Below are positions 58,471-64,000 of a stretch of DNA of 64,000 nucleotides, in pieces. How positions within the stretch are numbered: the stretch's first letter is position 1; every line of letters begins with the position of its first letter. Below the pieces are notes generated by a model, which saw nothing but the letters and a program-made list of their open reading frames with translations, did not search any database and was not told the origin of the DNA. The DNA is from Basidiobolus meristosporus CBS 931.73 (taxonomy: Eukaryota; Fungi; Basidiobolomycota). The DNA is taken from NCBI GenBank assembly GCA_002104905.1, contig MCFE01000098.1:108587-172586 (forward strand), given 5' to 3'. Made by a program: the position numbers and the translations under genes.

Positions 58471-60856
58471 TGTTGTATCCAAGAGAAAAGTGTAATAAAA
58501 TTCTTGAATCAGTTAACTGAACCTAAGTGATAACTAAGTGCAGAATTTAGAATTGTCAAGAGTGACAGAAATATTAGCAGAGAGGTTCTAGCCTAATTTT
58601 GGCCTTATATATAGCTGAGTTGGGCTATAAAGGCAACAGAGTAGGTTTGCTATGCAGGCTAGGCTTGGTGTTCTTGAGAGTGCTAGATATGCTAAGCTTG
58701 GGTAGAAACTAGAACAGAGTTGTTGAATTCTTAATTTTGCTGAGGCACAATCTCAATTTTGTTGAGACATGCACCAAACCAAAAGGTTCAGTAAACTTTA
58801 TTTATACTTTTCTTATTGAGTTGCATTAGTAAGCGCCAAGAGACTGGATTAATTCAAATCTGTTGGGGTATTGATAGGTGCATAAGATAAATGAAGAATT
58901 GCATCATTAATTAGCTGATGTCTTGGCAACTGCTAAGTGGTTGGATAAATCTCAGATGACTAATCACTTGGAAAGGCTTAGCAAATCAGTTGAGGATGTA
59001 ATGACCACATGAAAATTGATCAGGTGTGACAGCTAAAAGTAGACTCCAAGAAGTGATAAAATAAACCATGACAGGGATCAGTTATGTTTAGGTTAGGGAA
59101 AATCAGTTAGGGTACTAGATTTTCTAATGTAGTGAAATTGGCCAAGTCTTAAATGTTGATGCACAACATAACTTCCTCCCAGGAGAGGAGTTTTCTGACA
59201 CTTTCTGGGTTCCCCTACAGCTCCAATACTGATTAATGATGGCAACAACATCAAAGTTGGTGTAAGGTTCCCAGGTGTTGTGTTTGGCATCATAACCTTT
59301 CCACTTGACTAAGTAAAGGCAATTTGGCTCTTCTCCATCATGGTCAATAATAGCTTTAGCTTTATAGGATTCAGAAGTAACTGGGTCTTGAGATATAAGT
59401 TTGAGTGAAGAAGGTGGAAAGTTTTTGGGTAGCAGTGCTGCAGTATTGTCCTGAAGTACATAAGATCCTCCAGTGGTATGTCTAACAACTTTAAATGGGC
59501 CTTCATATTTAGGGTCAAGTTTAGATTGTTGGATTGGATCTAGTGTCATGACATATGACCCATCTGGAAAGCTGCTGTTTCTGTGTCTTGAGGCATATGT
59601 TGAAGTCATCTTTTGCTGTGTGGCCTTACTTCTGGCACTGATAGCAGGGTAGACAATGTTTGTAAGGTACTCAAGCCAGTTCTTTAGCTTGTCTGTATTC
59701 AAACTTGCTAGCTCTGTATTCTGGTAGTCCCCAAAGTGGTTGTATCTTCTTCCAAACATCAAAGAAAACGGTGTTGATCCATGTAGAGTGGCAATTTTGG
59801 TGTTGATAGTGTACTGTACAGTAGGAATGTACTTGTCCCAATTCTTCTTGATACCTTTGATAGATTTCCTGATGATGTTCACTGAGGTCTGAACATGTCT
59901 TTCAGCAAGTCCATTAGCTTTTTGATGATATGGAGTGATCAGACAGTGATCAATGGCACTATTCTGGCAGAGGGCTTTGATCACATGATATACAAATTCT
60001 GCTCCATTATCCGATTGAATGACCTTAGGGAATCCAAAAAGGCAGCAGAGCTTGAATAGTGCTTGTGCAATTGTGGCAGCACACTTGTCTGGGATAGCTT
60101 TGAGGAAAACAAAATGTGTAGACATCCACAATTACAAAGAGGTAGTGATTACCATCATCACTAGTGGTGAAAGGCCCAGCTAGATCAATTGCAATATGAT
60201 CCATAGGAAGGCTTGTATGGATGGGACTCAATGGGTGAAATCCATGGTGGCTGATATTGTAAAGTTGACATTCTCTGCAAGACTTGACAAATTCTAGGCA
60301 GTCAGCTTTGATATTTGGCCAGTGATATCCATCAGAGTATAGCTTCTTCATAAGTGTGTCAGCTCCAAAGTATCCAAGTAGATGACTCCTCTGTATCAAC
60401 ATTTTTCTTTCATTGGTATGAGGGATTTTCCAGGTTGCTGAATCCAGTTGAGGAATTATTTTGGAAGTTGTAGTGAGCTTACTGATTGTGTCAGTAATCA
60501 CATGTCCCTCCCAAGGTGAAGTTGGGAAAAGTCTTGAAAGGTGGTCAGGCAGGATGTTGAGGATTCCTGGGCGGTGAATAACTGTATATTCATAATCAAG
60601 TAGAGTATCAAGCCAGTTGGTAAGCATTGGAGTCAGAGTCTTTTGAGTGTGGATATAGACAAGGGCTTGGTGGTTGGTGTACAAGGTAAAAGAGTTGCCC
60701 TATAAGTACTGATGAAACTTCTTCAAGGCAAAGACTATGGCAAGTAGCTCCTACTTGGTGGCAGAGTAGTTTCTTTCAGCAGGTTGTAGAGATCTGGCTT
60801 GAAAAGAGATCCAGTGAGGCAGATTTTGGTCTTCATCCTGGTATAGGACAGCCCCT
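58471..60856 (-). mobile_element. Degenerate chromoviral Ty3/Gypsy fragment 1: RNase H C-terminus, integrase, chromodomain, PPT and 3' LTR (58471-59168)
   Basis: GAVLYQ..ERNYSATK*ELLAIVFAL, YTNHQAL, CRECQ, IAIDLAGPF, SDNGAEF, NGLAERHVQT, GPFKVV, YLVKWKGY..HNTWEP. Stops and a frameshift; purine tract next to the LTR. Confidence 0.92.
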
Positions 60857-62356
60857 TGTTGTATCAAAGAGAAAGTGTAATAAAACTCTTGAATGGTTTA
60901 ACTGAACCAAAGGGACAATTAAGTGCAGAATCTTAGAATTGTCAGAGAGTGGTGGAAATATTAGCAGAAAGATTCTGATCTAATATTGGTCTTGGATATA
61001 GCTGGGTTGGCTATAAAGACAATGATATTTGTTTGCTAGGCAGGCTAGGCTTGGTGTTCTTTGGAGTGCTAGATATACTAGGCTTGGATAGAGACTAGAA
61101 CGGAATTGTTAGATTCTTTATTTTTGCTGAGACAGAATCTTAATTTTGTTGAGACACACACTAAACCAAAAGGTTCAGTAAACTTTATTTATACTTTTCT
61201 GATCAAGTTGAATTAGTAAGCGCCAAGGGACTGGATTGATTGAAATCAATTTGGGTGTTCATAGGTGCATAAGATAAATGAAAATTACATCATCAATCAA
61301 CTGATGTCTTGACAACTGCACCATGGTTGGATATATCTCAGATGACTAATCACCTGGGAAGGCTTGGCAGATATGTTGATAACGTAATGACCATTTGAAA
61401 ATAGATCAGGTGTGATAGCTAAAAATAGATTCTGAGGTGGGATAAAATAAACTGTAACTGGGATTTGTTATGTTTGGGTTAGGGAAAATCAGTTAGGGTA
61501 CTAGATTTTCAAACGGAGTAAAATTGGCTAAGTTTTAAATGTTGATGCACAACATCACTTCCTTCCGGAAGAGGAGTTTTTTGATACCTTCTGGGTTCCT
61601 CTGCGGCTCCAATACTGATCAATAATGGCAACATCATCAAAGTTGGTGTAAGGTTCCCAGGTGTTGTGTTTGGCATCATAGCCTTTCCACTTGACTAAAT
61701 AAAGGCAATTTGGTTCTTCTCCATCATGGTCCACAATAGCTTCAAGTTCATAGGATTCCAAAGTTACTGGGTCTTGAGAAATAAGTTTGAGTGAAGAAGG
61801 TGGAAAGTGATTGGGTAGCAGTGCTCCAGTGTTATCCTGAAGTACGTAAGATCCTCCAGTAGTGCGTCTGACAACCTTGAATGGTCCTTCATACTTGGGG
61901 TCAAGCTTAGATTGCCGGATTGGATCTAGTGTCATGACATATGACCCATCTGGGAAGCTGCTGTTCCTGTGTCTTGAGGCATATGTTGAAGTCATCTTTT
62001 GCTGTGTGGCCTTACTTCTGGCACTGATAGCAGGGTAGACAATGTTTGTAAGGTACTCAAGCCAGTTCTTTAGCTTGTCTGTATTCAAACTTGCTAGCTC
62101 TGTATTCTGGTAGTCCCCAAAGTGGTTGTATCTTCTTCCAAACATCAAAGAAAACGGTGTTGATCCATGTAGAGTGGCAATTTTGGTGTTGATAGTGTAC
62201 TGTACAGTAGGAATGTACTTGTCCCAATTCTTCTTGATACCTTTGATAGATTTCCTGATGATGTTCACTGAGGTCTGAACATGTCTTTCAGCAAGTCCAT
62301 TAGCTTTTTGATGATATGGAGTGATCAGACAGTGATCAATGGCACTATTCTGGCAG
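60857..62356 (-). mobile_element. Chromoviral Ty3/Gypsy fragment 2 inserted into fragment 1: 3' LTR (60857-61554), PPT, integrase C-terminus and chromodomain; broken at 62356
   Basis: LTR TGTTG...CAACA; PPT GGAAGGAAGTGA; ORF 61555-62385 paralogous to 59124-60131; homology to fragment 1 stops abruptly at CTGGCAG. Confidence 0.92.
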
Positions 62357-62370
62357 GTTAGGGTTAGGGG
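62357..62370 (+). repeat. Interstitial telomeric seed GTTAGGGTTAGGGG at the healed break
   Basis: Lies directly between the truncated integrase and the 3' end of the terminal element. Confidence 0.85.
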
Positions 62371-62492
62371 AGGGAAAGTCACCAAGGTAGGTGAAATCTT
62401 TATTTGATTTCAGACAAGTCTAACTACAAATAAAGAAGCCAGCTGGGAATAGAAGATTCCCAAAGTAAACACTAAGTTGAATATGAATAAAT

Positions 62493-63221
62493 CTAAGCTA
62501 AAGTTAAGGCAGTATCCCAGAGTACACTGGAGTTCAGGTTCATGGGGGAGTGAAGTAGATAAGCTTGAGAGATATAATAATCTTTTAAGAAGTGGGTAAC
62601 AGCAGGTGAAGGGGAGTTTTTGATAAGTGAAGTGAATCTTGAGAGCAGAGATTCCTCTAATGAGAAGGTCTTGTAAACTGGAGAATCAGGAAACTCTTTA
62701 AAGGCATGGTCAGTAGGTTCCCAGTAAAACTGGTCAGAGACATTTTGAGAGAATTGTTCAGCAATACTTTTGTCAAGTACTACCTCCAGAGTGTGATGGT
62801 TGATAAATCTCATGTTAACAATCTTGGATAAATTGTAACCTTGTTGCTTGAGATACATCCTATGCTCAGATATGGGAATAAAGTCCACATTGGCAAAGTA
62901 GCAGACAGCCCAGTCAGTAGCAGGAGGCAAATCAGAAGTGGCAGGAAACTTTCTTTTAGTCTTGGGAGGAGCAGCAGGATATCTTGAGGAAGCAGGAACA
63001 GACTTTTTGACAGCTTCAGAGTAGGAAGAGTAAGCAGGAGCAGATGATTCTTGGGGAGTCTTGTTGGCAGGAAGAGTTGGCACAGGGACAATTGATTCTT
63101 GCAGATCAGAGAAGGCAGAAAACAGCTTTTGAACTTGCTTCTTGAGTAAAGCATTTTCAGCCTCAACAAGTGCAAGCCTTTCCTCAAGGAAAGAAATCTG
63201 AAGGGAATGGAGTGAAGGCAT
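62493..63221 (-). CDS. 242-aa ORF1/Gag-like protein: N-terminal coiled coil, Pro/Ser linker, RRM-like alpha/beta domain, helical C-terminus
   Basis: ATG at 63221; LEERLALVEAENALLKKQVQKL heptads; WAVCYFANV..ISEHRMYLKQQGYNLSKIVNMRFINHHTLEVVL. Uninterrupted frame with a homologous remnant at 57145-57348. Confidence 0.7.
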   Translation of the reverse strand: MPSLHSLQISFLEERLALVEAENALLKKQVQKLFSAFSDLQESIVPVPTLPANKTPQESSAPAYSSYSEAVKKSVPASSRYPAAPPKTKRKFPATSDLPPATDWAVCYFANVDFIPISEHRMYLKQQGYNLSKIVNMRFINHHTLEVVLDKSIAEQFSQNVSDQFYWEPTDHAFKEFPDSPVYKTFSLEESLLSRFTSLIKNSPSPAVTHFLKDYYISQAYLLHSPMNLNSSVLWDTALTLA

Positions 63222-63261
63222 AAGAATCAAGAAGAAGAGGGAAGGATGGGGTGGGTGGGTG

Positions 63262-63758
63262 GGAAAATTAGCAGGTAGAAGAGAAGGAAGGAGCAAAAAT
63301 TCCAGAAGTCAGAATTTATAGATGGATGGACAAGGGTAGATGGATGGATTATTCCTGGGTTAGGAAAATTAGCAGGTAGAAGAGAAGGAAGGAGCAAAAA
63401 TTCCAGAAGTCAGAATTTATAGATGGATGGACAAGGGTAGATGGATGGATTATTCCTGGGTTAGGAAAATTAGCAGGTAGAAGAGAAGGAAGGAGCAAAA
63501 ATTCCAGAAGTCAGAATTTATAGATGGATGGACAAGGGTAGATGGATGGATTATTCCTGGGTTAGGAAAATTAGCAGGTAGAAGAGAAGGAAGGAGCAAA
63601 AATTCCAGAAGTCAGAATTTATAGATGGATGGACAAGGGTAGATGGATGGATTATTCCTGGGTTAGGAAAATTAGCAGGTAGAAGAGAAGGAAGGAGCAA
63701 AAATTCCAGAAGTCAGAATTTATAGATGGATGGACAAGGGTAGATGGATGGATTATTC
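63262..63758. repeat. Five tandem copies of a 101-bp subterminal unit
   Basis: 93-bp core GGAAAATTAG...GGATTATTC plus 8-bp linker CTGGGTTA; units start at 63262, 63363, 63464, 63565 and 63666. Each has TATAAA on the minus strand. Confidence 0.95.
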
Positions 63759-64000
63759 TTAGGGTTAGGGTTAGGGTTAGGGTTAGGGTTAGGGTTAGGG
63801 TTAGGGTTAGGGTTAGGGTTAGGGTTAGGGTTAGGGTTAGGGTTAGGGTTAGGGTTAGGGTTAGGGTTAGGGTTAGGGTTAGGGTTAGGGTTAGGGTTAG
63901 GGTTAGGGTTAGGGTTAGGGTTAGGGTTAGGGTTAGGGTTAGGGTTAGGGTTAGGGTTAGGGTTAGGGTTAGGGTTAGGGTTAGGGTTAGGGTTAGGGTT
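63759..64000 (+). repeat. Telomere (TTAGGG)n, 40 full repeats, G-rich strand running to the right chromosome end
   Basis: Perfect TTAGGG array to the end of the window. Confidence 0.99.

Larger units (their letters stand above)
62357..63758 (-). mobile_element. Apparently full-length RT-less telomere-abutting element: 5' promoter repeats, one ORF, 3' AATAAA-hairpin-telomere-complement tail
   Basis: Runs from the telomere (63759) to the telomeric seed; shares ORF and 3' end with remnants at 57051 and 57468. Confidence 0.75.

Noticed and set aside
63262-63758. CRISPR-like array
   Set aside because: Units are identical and contiguous with no unique spacers; eukaryotic subtelomere, no cas genes.
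57051-63758. Hammerhead ribozyme in element or LTR ends, expected for Penelope-like elements
   Set aside because: I found no CUGANGA...GAAA core with flanking stems by eye, so a PLE assignment is not claimed.
1-64000. tRNA or rRNA genes
   Set aside because: No cloverleaf with A/B boxes and no rRNA signature seen.

Overview
Right-hand chromosome end of an intron-rich fungus. It ends in ~40 (TTAGGG) repeats at 63759-64000. An early-diverging lineage is inferred from INTS3, a neurobeachin-like BEACH protein, a eukaryotic RlmN and a U12 intron; Basidiobolus-like is plausible but unproven. 1-51.5 kb is gene-dense euchromatin: MADS TF, two cAMP-receptor/Git3-like GPCRs, IGHMBP2/Hcs1 helicase, INTS3, RlmN-like radical SAM enzyme, a tandem pair of HAM1/DUF4449-like genes, Sec7-PH GEF, DBF4, multicopper oxidase, BEACH protein, mitochondrial carrier, HSL-type hydrolase, CFEM-like GPI protein, homeobox TF and a tandem pair of secreted proteins. 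51.8-57 kb holds three intronless bacterial-like genes; the last is cut off at ~57050. Beyond that, ~6.7 kb of CpG-depleted accreted DNA contains nested chromoviral Ty3/Gypsy fragments and three co-oriented copies of an RT-less, single-ORF element. All three copies end in AATAAA + hairpin + telomere-complementary tail and are joined to broken ends through TTAGGG-like seeds. This telomere-capping element family is the best candidate for an undescribed system. Also notable: two obligatory 2-nt micro-exons in the helicase, a U12 intron in DBF4, and a TATA-led structured RNA candidate carrying a CUAACCCU telomere-template motif. All coordinates and alignments were read by eye; no database searches were run.
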